From: an uncultured Actinomycetes bacterium
GTDB lineage: Bacteria; Actinomycetota; Thermoleophilia; UBA2241
DNA: 64,000 bases
Direction: 5' to 3'
Assembly (NCBI GenBank): GCA_963709345.1
Contig: CAVPVX010000007.1
Coordinates: 384,001-448,000 of the forward strand
In this document: positions 30,256 through 39,817 of the stretch, one piece after another
How the letters are laid out: each line of letters opens with the position of its first letter
Position numbering within the stretch: position 1 is the stretch's first letter
Translations under genes and position numbers: made by a program
The notes under the pieces: model-generated
Database searches by the model: none
What the model was told of the DNA's origin: nothing
What the model saw: only the letters and a program-made list of their open reading frames with translations

Positions 30256-30693
30256 ATGTGGGTCAGCACACACGTCCTCGCCGGTCTCGCCATCGCCGCC
30301 GCCCTCGGCGGACCGTGGTGGCTCATCCTCGTCCTCGTGATCCTCGCGCACGTCCTCATGGACCTCGTCCCGCACTGGGACTACACCGTCTCGCGCCACC
30401 CCGTCGTGTACGGCTGGTGCGACTTCCTCGCCTCGTTCGCCGCCTTCTGGATCGCCTGGCTGCTGCTGGGCTACCCGTGGTGGATCGCTCTCATGGGCCT
30501 GGTCTCGGGCGCCCCGGACTGGGATGTGCTCATCTGGATCGTGCGCGGCCAGCGCGGGCGCAAGTACTTCCCGAGCCACTGGGACAGCTTCCCGCACGGC
30601 AGATCCGGCCCGGGATGGGGCATCAGCGTCCAGGTGGCGATCATGGTGGTGTCCGTGGGCGTGGTGCTGGCGCTGCGACCCGGTGGGGTCTGA
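30256..30693 (+). CDS. Membrane protein, possible metal-dependent hydrolase
   Basis: TH..AG and H..MD.VPHWD motifs; TMs. Confidence 0.55.
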   Translation: MWVSTHVLAGLAIAAALGGPWWLILVLVILAHVLMDLVPHWDYTVSRHPVVYGWCDFLASFAAFWIAWLLLGYPWWIALMGLVSGAPDWDVLIWIVRGQRGRKYFPSHWDSFPHGRSGPGWGISVQVAIMVVSVGVVLALRPGGV

Positions 30694-30724
30694 CCGATGA
30701 GAACCCGAATCCAGGAGGGATGAC

Positions 30725-31183
30725 ATGGACTACGAGATCGCCGAGAAGGAACTGGCGCCGCAGCCGGCGCTCACCTACCGCACGCGGGTGACCATGACGA
30801 CGATCGCGGACCGGATCGGCGCCGGGTTCGGCGTGCTCATGGAGCACGCCGCCAAGACCGGCGTGCAGTGGGCCGGCCCGCCGTTCATCCTCTATCCGGA
30901 GAGCTGCGACGACGAGTACGAGATCGTCATCTGCATGCCCGTCGCGCCGGGAGCCACAGGCGGCGGCGAGGTCGCCCTCGAGGAGATCCCGGGCGGGCGC
31001 GTCGCGGCGACGACGCACGTCGGGCCGTATCCCGAGGTCGGGAAGGCCTACACGGCCCTGCAGAAGTGGATGACGGACAACGGCTGCCGGCCGGCGGGTC
31101 CGCCGCGCGAGATCTACCTGAACGAGCCCGGCGTGGTGCCGGACGCCGAGCTGCTCACCGAGGTGGACTGGCCCATCGCCTGA
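30725..31183 (+). CDS. GyrI-like small-molecule-binding domain protein
   Basis: HVGPY...AY, PREIYLNEP, LLTEV. Confidence 0.85.
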   Translation: MDYEIAEKELAPQPALTYRTRVTMTTIADRIGAGFGVLMEHAAKTGVQWAGPPFILYPESCDDEYEIVICMPVAPGATGGGEVALEEIPGGRVAATTHVGPYPEVGKAYTALQKWMTDNGCRPAGPPREIYLNEPGVVPDAELLTEVDWPIA

Positions 31184-31219
31184 GCGGCGAGCGGGCCGCG
31201 CGCGGGCAGAGGCGCCGCG

Positions 31220-31378
31220 TCACTGCCCGCGCTTCCACAGCTGGTAGATGAGCATCAGCCCGGCTCCGGCGCCCAGGAGCATGACGAGCCCGAGCGTGGT
31301 GCTGCCGCTCAGTAAGAAGTAGGCCGCCGCCGCCAGGTCGATGAAGGTGACGATCACGCCAACGAGCCAGGTCTTCAC
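31220..31378 (-). CDS. Small two-TM hypothetical protein
   Basis: 52-aa hydrophobic ORF with host-like codon usage. Confidence 0.5.
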   Translation of the reverse strand: MKTWLVGVIVTFIDLAAAAYFLLSGSTTLGLVMLLGAGAGLMLIYQLWKRGQ

Positions 31379-31418
31379 GTTATACCCCCGCAATCGGGTC
31401 GAGGACTGGACGCTCCGG

Positions 31419-32783
31419 TCATCGTAGCAACTCCAGCGCCACGTGCTCGGCGAACAGCGCCTGACAGGCGAGGTCGCGCACGTGGATGCGCTCGTCGACG
31501 TTGTGGTACCGCGGCGTGACTTCCTCGTACGATTCCACGACGTGCGGCGCGAAGTTGTAGGCCACCGTGTCGGGATACGCGGCGCGGAACCAGTTCGAAT
31601 CGGTGAACCCGACGCAGTGGCTGTTGGCAAGCTCGGCGCCGGGAGCCGTGCGCTCCAGCACCGCGCTGATCGCGTCGGAGAGCGGCGTCGGATACGGCGA
31701 GGCGTTACCGCAGACGACGGGGCCGGCCCACTCGAGCTCCCACTCGGCGTCGACGCCGGCCAGCGCCGCGCGCACCTCGGCCGCAACCTCGCGCTCGTCG
31801 TGGCCGGCGAGCGTGCGGCAGTCGACGCTGACCTCGACGCGCGTCGGGTAGACGTTCACGGCGACGCTGTTCGAACGGACGATGGTGGGAGAGAACGCGA
31901 AGCCGTAGAGCGGCTCGATCAGGTCGGCGAGCTGCGCGTCGCGGCGCTCGAGCTCGGCAAGGGCCGCGCGCGCCGTCTTCGGCTCGCGCAGGCGCGAGCG
32001 CAGGTCCGGGTCGTCGACGAGAAGCCGGACCAGCTCCTCGGACGAGCCGTCGATCACCAGCGGGAGCTCGTGCGCGACCAGCGCCTCGACGACCCGCGCC
32101 GCGGAGACGACGGCGTTGCCGTGGCGCAGCGGCACCGAGGCGTGGCCGGCCGCGCCGCGCACGACGAGGCGGAATTGCGCGGTGCCCTTCTCCCCGCTCT
32201 CGAGCAGGTAGACGCGGCGATCGCCACGGCGGATGAACCCGCCGCCGCCCTCGTTGATGACGTAGTCGGTACGGATGAGGTCCGGGCGGTGCTCGACGAG
32301 CCAGCGGGCGCCGCCGACACTCCCCTCCTCCTCGTCGGCGGTGCACGCGTAGACGACCGTCCCGGCGAAGTCCGCGCCGGCGGCCGCCAGACGCGCCGTG
32401 GCGACGGCGTGCGCGGCCACCAGGTTCTTGATGTCGAGCGCGCCGCGGCCCCAGACGTAGCCGTCCCTGATCAGCCCGGAGAACGGCGGCATCTGCCAAT
32501 CCTCGGCGGTCGCCGGCACGACGTCCTCGTGTGCGAGCAGCAGCAGTGAAGGACCGGGGCGCCGGCCCTGCAGGCGCAGCACGAAGCTGCGCCTGTCCGC
32601 CGGCTCGCCCACGATCTGCCCCTCGAGGCCGCGCTCCGCGAACCACGCGGCCATGAAGACGGCGACCTCGGTCTCGTTGCCGGGAGGGTTGGTGGTGTCG
32701 ATGCGGATGAGCCGGCTGAGCAGCTCGCTCGTCTCGCGCTCGACCTCGGCCACCACGGCAGGGTCCACACCGGCGATTTCCAC
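31419..32783 (-). CDS. M20/M25/M40 family metallo-hydrolase
   Basis: TTNPPGNE, HEDVVP, GRGALDIK, ADEE, NEGGG, HNVDER. Confidence 0.9.
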   Translation of the reverse strand: MEIAGVDPAVVAEVERETSELLSRLIRIDTTNPPGNETEVAVFMAAWFAERGLEGQIVGEPADRRSFVLRLQGRRPGPSLLLLAHEDVVPATAEDWQMPPFSGLIRDGYVWGRGALDIKNLVAAHAVATARLAAAGADFAGTVVYACTADEEEGSVGGARWLVEHRPDLIRTDYVINEGGGGFIRRGDRRVYLLESGEKGTAQFRLVVRGAAGHASVPLRHGNAVVSAARVVEALVAHELPLVIDGSSEELVRLLVDDPDLRSRLREPKTARAALAELERRDAQLADLIEPLYGFAFSPTIVRSNSVAVNVYPTRVEVSVDCRTLAGHDEREVAAEVRAALAGVDAEWELEWAGPVVCGNASPYPTPLSDAISAVLERTAPGAELANSHCVGFTDSNWFRAAYPDTVAYNFAPHVVESYEEVTPRYHNVDERIHVRDLACQALFAEHVALELLR

Positions 32784-32902
32784 TCCAGCCCCTCCCTCGC
32801 GTCGACGCCCGGACTCACGACGAGCATCATAACGGGCCGCCGGCGACCGCGCTCCCCAGCTTTCCGGGCTCCGGGGGGTGCGGTATAGTGTGTCTCCCGC
32901 GC

Positions 32903-32995
32903 GGAGAAGTGGCCGAGTGGCTGAAGGCAACCGCCTGCTAAGCGGTTAAGGGGGCTTAACCTCCTTCCCGGGTTCGAATCCCGGCTTCTCCGCCA
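32903..32995 (+). tRNA. tRNA-Ser(GCT)
   Basis: GGAGAAG/CTTCTCC stem, anticodon GCT, long variable arm, CCA. Confidence 0.95.
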
Positions 32996-33020
32996 GTCTC
33001 ATCGACCTTCCGGAGCCCGC

Positions 33021-33473
33021 ATGACCCCGCTCATCCAGCTTCGCGACGTCACCGCGGAGAACTGGCGTGCCTGCGCCGACCTGGAAGTCACGGACGACCA
33101 GGCGGCCTTCGTCTCTCCGGTGACCCGCTACCTCTGCCTCTGCCAGTACGGCGGCGTGTGGAAGCCGCTGGCCGTATACGCCGGCGAGGACGTCGTGGGC
33201 TTCGCGATGTGGGCCGTCGACCCGGACGACTCCAGCGGCTGGATCGGCGGCCTCGCGATCGACGAGTCGCGGCAGCGACAGGGCTACGGCCGCGCCGCCG
33301 TGCTCGCCGTGCTCGAGCGGCTGCGCCGCGAGCACGCCTGCCCTTCGGCGGCGCTGAGCTACTCCCCGGACAACGAGGCCGCTCGCGGGCTGTACCGTTC
33401 GCTCGGCTTCATCGAGACCGGCGAGCGCGAGGACGACGAGCTCGTCGCGCGCCTCACCTTCGCCGTCGACTGA
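33021..33473 (+). CDS. GNAT acetyltransferase (diamine/spermidine acetyltransferase-like)
   Basis: VTAENW, QRQGYGR, SYSPDNEAARGLY.SLGF.ETG. Confidence 0.85.
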   Translation: MTPLIQLRDVTAENWRACADLEVTDDQAAFVSPVTRYLCLCQYGGVWKPLAVYAGEDVVGFAMWAVDPDDSSGWIGGLAIDESRQRQGYGRAAVLAVLERLRREHACPSAALSYSPDNEAARGLYRSLGFIETGEREDDELVARLTFAVD

Positions 33474-33578
33474 CGACTGCCGGGCCGACGGCGAGCCGAA
33501 GGCCCGGCGCCTGACGGCCGTCGGACGCTCCGGCGTTGTTCCCCGCCGGGGCTTTCGGGTATACTCTCGGTTCCTCGT

Positions 33579-33656
33579 GCGCACGTAGCTCAGTTGGATT
33601 AGAGCGTCGGTCTACGGAACCGAAGGCCGCAGGTTCGAGTCCTGCCGTGCGCGCCA
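33579..33656 (+). tRNA. tRNA-Arg(ACG)
   Basis: GCGCACG/CGTGCGC stem, anticodon ACG, CCA. Confidence 0.95.
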
Positions 33657-33761
33657 GCTTCTTCTTCCCCTCCCCTCCGTCCCATCGACGCCCTTCGGCA
33701 CGGACTCCCTGCGGCCCGGGATGAAGCGCCGCCCCGTGTGCTCTACCATGGAGCGGGATCA

Positions 33762-34997
33762 ATGAGGCACGAGCTCACAGGCGGGAGACCCTCGACCATC
33801 GTGCGTGCGGCCGCGGCCGCGACGCTCGCGCTGTCGCTCGCGGCCGTCGCGACGGCCTGCGGCACCGCGGAGGTCATCAGCCGCCCCACGCCGCCACCCG
33901 TGCGCATCGGAGCGCTCTACAACCTCACCGGCTCGCAGGCCGTGCTCGACGCCCCATCGCTCGACGGCGCCCGGCTGGCGGTCGACCGCATCAATGCGAA
34001 CGGCGGCCTGCTCGGCCGTCGCGTCGAGCTGCTCGAGCGTGACGGCCAGACCCACACCGCCGACGTGCGCCGCGCCGCCCAAAGCCTGGTCGCGGCGGAC
34101 GTCTCCGCGATCATCGGGCTCTCCGACACCGAGCAGGTGCTGGCGGCCGCGCCCATCGCGGCGGCCGCCGGCATCCCCTTCGTGACCAGCGGAGCCACCT
34201 CCCCGCGCCTCCCGGCGCAGGTGCCGGACTGGCTGTTCCTCGCCTGCTTCGGCGACAACACCCAGGCGGCGGCCGGCGCCGAGTACGCCTACCGGCGGCT
34301 CGGGGCCCGCACCGCCGTCGTCGTCTACGACCGCGAGATGGAGTACACGCGGCTCCTGGCGCGCTACTTCTCGCAGACGTTCCGCTCCCTGGGCGGCAGC
34401 GTAGGCGTCTCGCGCGGGTTCGACGACGGCGACGAGGACGTCACAAGGCTGCTCGCCGCGCCCGGACGCTCCGGCGGCTCCCGCGACGCGGCCTCCGCGG
34501 ACATGGTGTTCCTTGCAGCAGGGCCGGAGGACGCCGGGCCGGTCGTGCGACGGCTGCGCGCCGCCGGCTACCGGCAGCCGATCATGGGCGGCGACAGCTT
34601 CGACAGCGTCGCGCTGGCGAAGGCCGCCAAGGCAACGGGCGGCGGCGTCTACTACACGACGCACGCGGCGCCCGGCCTCCCGTCGGCGAACGCCGCCATG
34701 CGGCGCTTCGATGCCTCGTACACCTCCGCCTACGGGCGGCCGCCGCAGAACGCCTTCGCCTGCCTCGGCTACGACGCCGTCGACCTCGTGGCGTCGGCCA
34801 TCGAGAGCGCCGGCTCGGTGCGGCCGGCGGCCGTGCGCGACGCCTTGCAGGCGACGCGGCGCTTTGTCGGCGTCAGCGGCACGCTGAGCTACGAGGACGA
34901 CGAACGCGTGCCGCGTAAACGCGTCACGGTCGTCCTCGTGGACCGGAGACCCGAAGTGGTGGCGCAGTTCACGCCACGCTTCGTGCCCGAGCCCTGA
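33762..34997 (+). CDS. ABC transporter substrate-binding lipoprotein (branched-chain amino acid type)
   Basis: Lipobox-like TAC; IGALYNLTG, INANGGLLGR, GYDAV. Confidence 0.85.
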   Translation: MRHELTGGRPSTIVRAAAAATLALSLAAVATACGTAEVISRPTPPPVRIGALYNLTGSQAVLDAPSLDGARLAVDRINANGGLLGRRVELLERDGQTHTADVRRAAQSLVAADVSAIIGLSDTEQVLAAAPIAAAAGIPFVTSGATSPRLPAQVPDWLFLACFGDNTQAAAGAEYAYRRLGARTAVVVYDREMEYTRLLARYFSQTFRSLGGSVGVSRGFDDGDEDVTRLLAAPGRSGGSRDAASADMVFLAAGPEDAGPVVRRLRAAGYRQPIMGGDSFDSVALAKAAKATGGGVYYTTHAAPGLPSANAAMRRFDASYTSAYGRPPQNAFACLGYDAVDLVASAIESAGSVRPAAVRDALQATRRFVGVSGTLSYEDDERVPRKRVTVVLVDRRPEVVAQFTPRFVPEP

Positions 34998-35044
34998 CGG
35001 CGCCGGCCGGGTGAGCCCCGGCCGGCCGGCGCAGCCCCGCCGGC

Positions 35045-35731
35045 TCAGTCGCGTCCGCCGCCGAACAACAGCAGGAAGTAGAGCAACTGCGAGATCGAGG
35101 CGAGGGCGCCGGCGACGTACGTCATGGCGGCAGCCGTCAGTGTCTGCCGCGCCGCCACGGCCTCACCCGCGTTGACCAGGCCGTACTCCCGGATGTTGGC
35201 CATGGCTCGCCGCGAGGCGTTGAACTCCACCGGCAGCGTGACGAGCTGGAAGATGATCACCGCTGCGAAGACGATCAGCGCCAGCTGGACGAGCCCGAAG
35301 GCGCCGAAGATCATGCCGGCTATGAGGATGAAGAACCAGGCCTGCGAGCCGAAGGCGGCGACCGGCCAGATCGCCGAACGAATGGCCATCGGCGTGTACG
35401 CCTTGGCGTGCTGGATGGCGTGCCCGACCTCGTGCGCGGCCACCGCCGTCGCCGCCACCGACCGCCCCGAGTAGACGGCCTCCGAGAGGAACACCCCGCG
35501 CGTGCGCGGGTCGTAGTGGTCGCTGAGCGGTCCGGCCTTGGACGGCTGGACGGGCACGTTCTGCAGCCCGTTGCGGTCAAGGATCTCGCGGGCGACGTCG
35601 GCGCCGCTCCTGCCGCTGGAGACCGGCACGCGGCTGTTCTTCGAGAACGTGCTGCGCAGCCAGCCTTGGACGGCGAGGCCGAGGATGAGCGGGATTCCGA
35701 AGAAGATCAGATACAGAGAAAGGCTGTTCAT
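35045..35731 (-). CDS. Membrane zinc metallopeptidase (YugP-like)
   Basis: LSDHYDP, AAHEVGHAIQH, TLPVEFNASRRA, AAAMTYVA. Confidence 0.9.
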   Translation of the reverse strand: MNSLSLYLIFFGIPLILGLAVQGWLRSTFSKNSRVPVSSGRSGADVAREILDRNGLQNVPVQPSKAGPLSDHYDPRTRGVFLSEAVYSGRSVAATAVAAHEVGHAIQHAKAYTPMAIRSAIWPVAAFGSQAWFFILIAGMIFGAFGLVQLALIVFAAVIIFQLVTLPVEFNASRRAMANIREYGLVNAGEAVAARQTLTAAAMTYVAGALASISQLLYFLLLFGGGRD

Positions 35732-35894
35732 CGATCGGGTCCACCTCTTGCGTGTAGAAGATCCGGTCAGAAACGTACAGCTACTCTACCCAGAACAGCC
35801 GGCGCCCGAGTCGCGGCGCTCGTGAAGAAGTGTGAAGACGGCGGCGCGGGTCGCCGGGGTTCTCACGCAGCCCGGATTCGGGCATGATGCGGCC

Positions 35895-36359
35895 ATGGGT
35901 GACCTGCACTTCCCGAGGCACGAGTACTACATGCGCCTGGCGCTGCGCGAGGCGCAGCGCGCGACCACGCACGGCGACGTCCCCATCGGCGCCGTCGTCG
36001 TGCTCGACGGCGAGGTCATCGCCGCGGCCGGCAACGAGCGCGAGCTGCGCAAGAGCCCCGTCGCTCACGCCGAGATCATCGCCATCGAGGAGGCCGCCGC
36101 CCGCATGGGCAGCTGGCGGCTCCTCAACACCGTCATCTACGTGACCCTCGAGCCCTGCCCCATGTGCGCCGGCGCCATCGTGCAGGCGCGCATCCCCCAC
36201 CTCGTCTACGGCGCCACCGACGAGAAGGCCGGCGCCGCCGGCACGCTGTACAACGTCTGCCAGGACGACCGGCTCAACCACTGCCTGGAGATCACCAGCG
36301 GCGTGCTCGCCGACGACTCGGCGGCGCTGCTGCGGCGGTTCTTCCAGGCGCGTCGCTAG
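35895..36359 (+). CDS. tadA: tRNA adenosine(34) deaminase
   Basis: VPIGAV, HAE, TLEPCPMCAGA, RLNH, FFQARR. Confidence 0.93.
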   Translation: MGDLHFPRHEYYMRLALREAQRATTHGDVPIGAVVVLDGEVIAAAGNERELRKSPVAHAEIIAIEEAAARMGSWRLLNTVIYVTLEPCPMCAGAIVQARIPHLVYGATDEKAGAAGTLYNVCQDDRLNHCLEITSGVLADDSAALLRRFFQARR

Positions 36360-36495
36360 CGCCGAGTACCACCTGCGCGCCTACATCGGCTCCGGTCGCG
36401 GCGACGGCAGGTTCCGCGCCGGCCGCCGTGAACATAGCTCAAGGTGCGCCGGCCGCGCACCGAGATGAGGTGGAGAGCCGAGCGAAGGGGGACGC

Positions 36496-37959
36496 ATGGC
36501 AAGCACCGAGGCGGCGCTGGACACGGCCGCACGACCGGCGAAGACGAAGGCCCTGCCCTCACCCAGGACGATCACCTGGCTGACGATGTGCTTCATGACG
36601 GTGTCGGCCGTGGCGAGCATCCGCAACACACCCAGCATGGCCGTCTACGGCCTCGCCTGCGTCTTCCTCTACGTGCTGCCGGCGCTCGTCTTTCTGCTGC
36701 CCACCTCGCTGATCGCTGCCGAGCTGGCCTCCGGCTGGGACGGCGGCGTCTACAACTGGGTCAGCGAAGGCATCGGGCCCCGGGCAGGGTTCATCGCCAT
36801 CTGGACCCAGTTCGCGATGACGCTCACCTACTACCCGAGCCTCCTCGCTTACGTCGCCAGCACGCTCGCCTACGTCTTCATGCCGAGCCTCGCCAGCAAC
36901 GGTGTGTACACGGCCGCGGTGATCATCGTCGTCTACTGGGTCTCGACGCTGGTCAGCATGCGCGGTGTGGGGCTCGTCGCCAAGCTCTCGAGCAGTTCGA
37001 TGCTCCTCGGCACCGCCATCCCCGGCGCGGCGCTCGCGCTCCTCGGCGTCATCTACCTGGTCCAGGGCAACCCGAGCGCCGCGCCCATCGCGGCCTCGGC
37101 GCTCCTCCCGCAGATCGCCGGCATCGCCGGCCTCGTGCTCATTGTCAACAACTTCCTGTCGTACGCGGGCATGGAAGTGAACGCCGTCCACGTCAAGAAC
37201 ATGGCGAACCCCGCCAAGGAGTTCCCCAAGGCCATGTTCCTGGCCATGGGGCTCGTCGTCGTGATCTTCGTGGTGCCCGCCCTGGCCATCAGCTGGGTCG
37301 TGCCGTCCAGCCAGCTCACGCTCACCGGCGGCGTCATGCAGGCCTTCACCGCCTTCTTCGACCACTTCCGCGTCTCGTGGCTGACCCCGATCCTCGGCAT
37401 CATGCTCATCACCGCGTCTCTCGGCGGCATGATGGCGTGGCTGGCCGGACCGTCCAAGGGTCTGCTGCTCATCGGGCGCAAGGAGGGCTACCTGCCACCG
37501 TTCTTCCAGAAGGTGAACCCGGCGGGGATCCAGGTGAACATCCTGTTCGCGCAGGGCGCGATCGTCACCGTGATCGCCCTGCTCTTCGCCCTGATCCCGA
37601 ACGTCTCGAGCGTCTACTGGATCTTCTCGGTGATCACGACGCAGGTGTACCTGATCATGTACTTCCTGATGTTCATCTCGGCGATGCGGCTCCGCAAGTC
37701 GCAGCCCGACCACCCGCGCGGCTACCGGGCGCCGATCCTGCCGGTGCTCGCCACGGTCGGCCTCGTGAGCGCCGCCGCGGCCTTCCTCATCGGCTTCGTG
37801 CCGTCCAGCCAGTTCGGCGGCGGCAGCACCGCCCTCTACATGCTGATCATCGGCGGGGGGCTCCTGGTGATCGGCCTGCTGATCCCGTTCCTGTTCCTGT
37901 GGCTGCGCAAGCCGGCCTGGAAGAACGCCGTGCCGGCGCCGGCCGACGATCAAGCATGA
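36496..37959 (+). CDS. APC family amino acid permease (GadC-like)
   Basis: 12 TMs; AELAS, GGVY.WV, YAGMEVNA, GPSKGL. Confidence 0.85.
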   Translation: MASTEAALDTAARPAKTKALPSPRTITWLTMCFMTVSAVASIRNTPSMAVYGLACVFLYVLPALVFLLPTSLIAAELASGWDGGVYNWVSEGIGPRAGFIAIWTQFAMTLTYYPSLLAYVASTLAYVFMPSLASNGVYTAAVIIVVYWVSTLVSMRGVGLVAKLSSSSMLLGTAIPGAALALLGVIYLVQGNPSAAPIAASALLPQIAGIAGLVLIVNNFLSYAGMEVNAVHVKNMANPAKEFPKAMFLAMGLVVVIFVVPALAISWVVPSSQLTLTGGVMQAFTAFFDHFRVSWLTPILGIMLITASLGGMMAWLAGPSKGLLLIGRKEGYLPPFFQKVNPAGIQVNILFAQGAIVTVIALLFALIPNVSSVYWIFSVITTQVYLIMYFLMFISAMRLRKSQPDHPRGYRAPILPVLATVGLVSAAAAFLIGFVPSSQFGGGSTALYMLIIGGGLLVIGLLIPFLFLWLRKPAWKNAVPAPADDQA

Positions 37960-37972
37960 GGGGGTGATCGCG

Positions 37973-38389
37973 ATGGAGGAGAAGTCACACAAGTGGGTCT
38001 ACGTCACGCTCATCGTCGTCATCGTCGCCCTGATGGTCGTGGGGGCCGTGCTCTACCGCGACCAGAAGCAGACCGAGGAGGCGCGTGCCAAGGCGAAGGA
38101 GTTCATCGCCAAGCTGAACGCCGCCGGGATGCAAGCCCCGAGCGAAGAGGCCGCCGTCCGGCTCTTCGGCGGCGACGGCGGCCCCTTCGCCCAAGACCCG
38201 GACAAGACCCTGCTGCAGTCGCAGTACGCCTGGCAGCTGGGCACGTCCGGGCCGGCGAGCCGGCCCGTGATCCTCGACCCGGACTTCGTCAAGGCGGCCG
38301 AGATCTTCGTCTCGGTCTACGCCCCGGACAAGCTGGCCGAGTTCCAGGAGTTCGTGAACGGCCTGGAGCTCGAAGAGACCACCGAATGA
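37973..38389 (+). CDS. Membrane-anchored hypothetical protein
   Basis: N-terminal TM; between permease and peptidase in an apparent operon. Confidence 0.65.
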   Translation: MEEKSHKWVYVTLIVVIVALMVVGAVLYRDQKQTEEARAKAKEFIAKLNAAGMQAPSEEAAVRLFGGDGGPFAQDPDKTLLQSQYAWQLGTSGPASRPVILDPDFVKAAEIFVSVYAPDKLAEFQEFVNGLELEETTE

Positions 38390-38402
38390 CGAGGAGGGCA
38401 CG

Positions 38403-39746
38403 ATGCCCGCTGACGACCTGAAGCAGAAGACCGGCGACCTGATGCCGCAGCTGCGGGCCGAGCTCGAGAAGCTCGTGCGCCTGCCCTCCGTGGCCTTCCC
38501 TGACTTCCCTGAAGAGCCGGTGACGCAGGCCGGTGCGGCAGTCGCGCAGCTCCTGAGAGATGCCGGCCTGCCCGAGGTGCGCATGGTAGACGTGGCGCGC
38601 GCGCCGCAGGCGGTGTTCGGGCAGCGGCCGGCGCAGCCGGGCGCGCCCACCGTCCTGCTCTACGCGCACTACGACGTGCAGCCGGCGGGTCCGGCCGAAG
38701 CCTGGGCGAGCCCGCCCTTCGAGCCCACCGAGCGCGCCGGTCGCCTCTACGGCCGCGGCGCGGCCGACGACAAGAGCGGCGTCGTCATGCACGCCGGCGC
38801 GATCCTCGCGCTCGGCCCGGACTGCCCCGTGGGCATCAAGGTCCTGATCGAGGGCCAGGAGGAGAACGGCCAGGGCGGCATGGAGGAATTCGCGAGGGCG
38901 AATGCCGAGTTGCTCGCCGCCGACGTGATCGTCATCGCCGACGTCGGCAACTACGCCCTCGGCGTGCCCACGCTGACCACGTCGCTGCGGGGCATGGCCG
39001 CCCTCGACGTCGAGGTCGAGACCCTCGAGGGCGCCGTGCACAGCGGCATGTTCGGCGGTCCCGGCCCGGATGCGCTCATCGCCCTCACGCGCATGATCGC
39101 GACGCTGCACGACGACGCCGGCAACGCGGTCGTCCCCGGTCTCGACATCATCGAATACGACGGCGCCGACTACGACGAGTCCGCCTACCGCACCGACGCC
39201 GGCGTGCTGCCCGGCGTGGATCTCATCGGCAGCGGCACCGTCGCCCAGCGGCTCTACGGCAAGCCGTCGATCAGCGTGATCGGCATCGACACTCCGGCCG
39301 TCGACGGCGCCGCCAACGCGCTGATCCCGAAGGCCCGGGCGCGCGTCAGCGTGCGCCTCGCGCCCGGGCAACAGCCAGACGACGCCCAGGCGGCCATGAA
39401 GATACACCTTGAGGCGGCCGCCCCGTGGCACGTCCGGGTCAAGGTCACGCCGCAAGGCACCGGCGAGGGCTTCCTGGCTGCGACCGGCGGGCCCGGCTAC
39501 GCCGCCGCCGGCCGCGCCCTGGAGGCGGCCTTCGGCAGGCCGGTCGTCCACTACGGCCAAGGCGGCTCGATCCCGCTGGTCGCCGCGTTCCTCGAGGGCC
39601 AGCCGGGCACCGAGATGATCCTCTGGGGCTGTGAAGAGCCCCAGTGCAGAATCCACGCCCCCGACGAGAGCGTCGACCTCGCCGAGCTCGAGCGCTGCGT
39701 GCTCGCCGAGACGCTTTTCATCGCGGGGTTGGCCGAGACAGCTTGA
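38403..39746 (+). CDS. M20 family dipeptidase
   Basis: YAHYDVQP, GRGAADDK, EGQEE, HSG.FGG, GGSIP, HAPDES. Confidence 0.9.
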   Translation: MPADDLKQKTGDLMPQLRAELEKLVRLPSVAFPDFPEEPVTQAGAAVAQLLRDAGLPEVRMVDVARAPQAVFGQRPAQPGAPTVLLYAHYDVQPAGPAEAWASPPFEPTERAGRLYGRGAADDKSGVVMHAGAILALGPDCPVGIKVLIEGQEENGQGGMEEFARANAELLAADVIVIADVGNYALGVPTLTTSLRGMAALDVEVETLEGAVHSGMFGGPGPDALIALTRMIATLHDDAGNAVVPGLDIIEYDGADYDESAYRTDAGVLPGVDLIGSGTVAQRLYGKPSISVIGIDTPAVDGAANALIPKARARVSVRLAPGQQPDDAQAAMKIHLEAAAPWHVRVKVTPQGTGEGFLAATGGPGYAAAGRALEAAFGRPVVHYGQGGSIPLVAAFLEGQPGTEMILWGCEEPQCRIHAPDESVDLAELERCVLAETLFIAGLAETA

Positions 39747-39817
39747 CCGGCAAGCGGAAAGACCGGCACGCCGCGCGCGACCGGCAGGCAGACCCGGGAG
39801 CTGCGGAGAAGCGACCG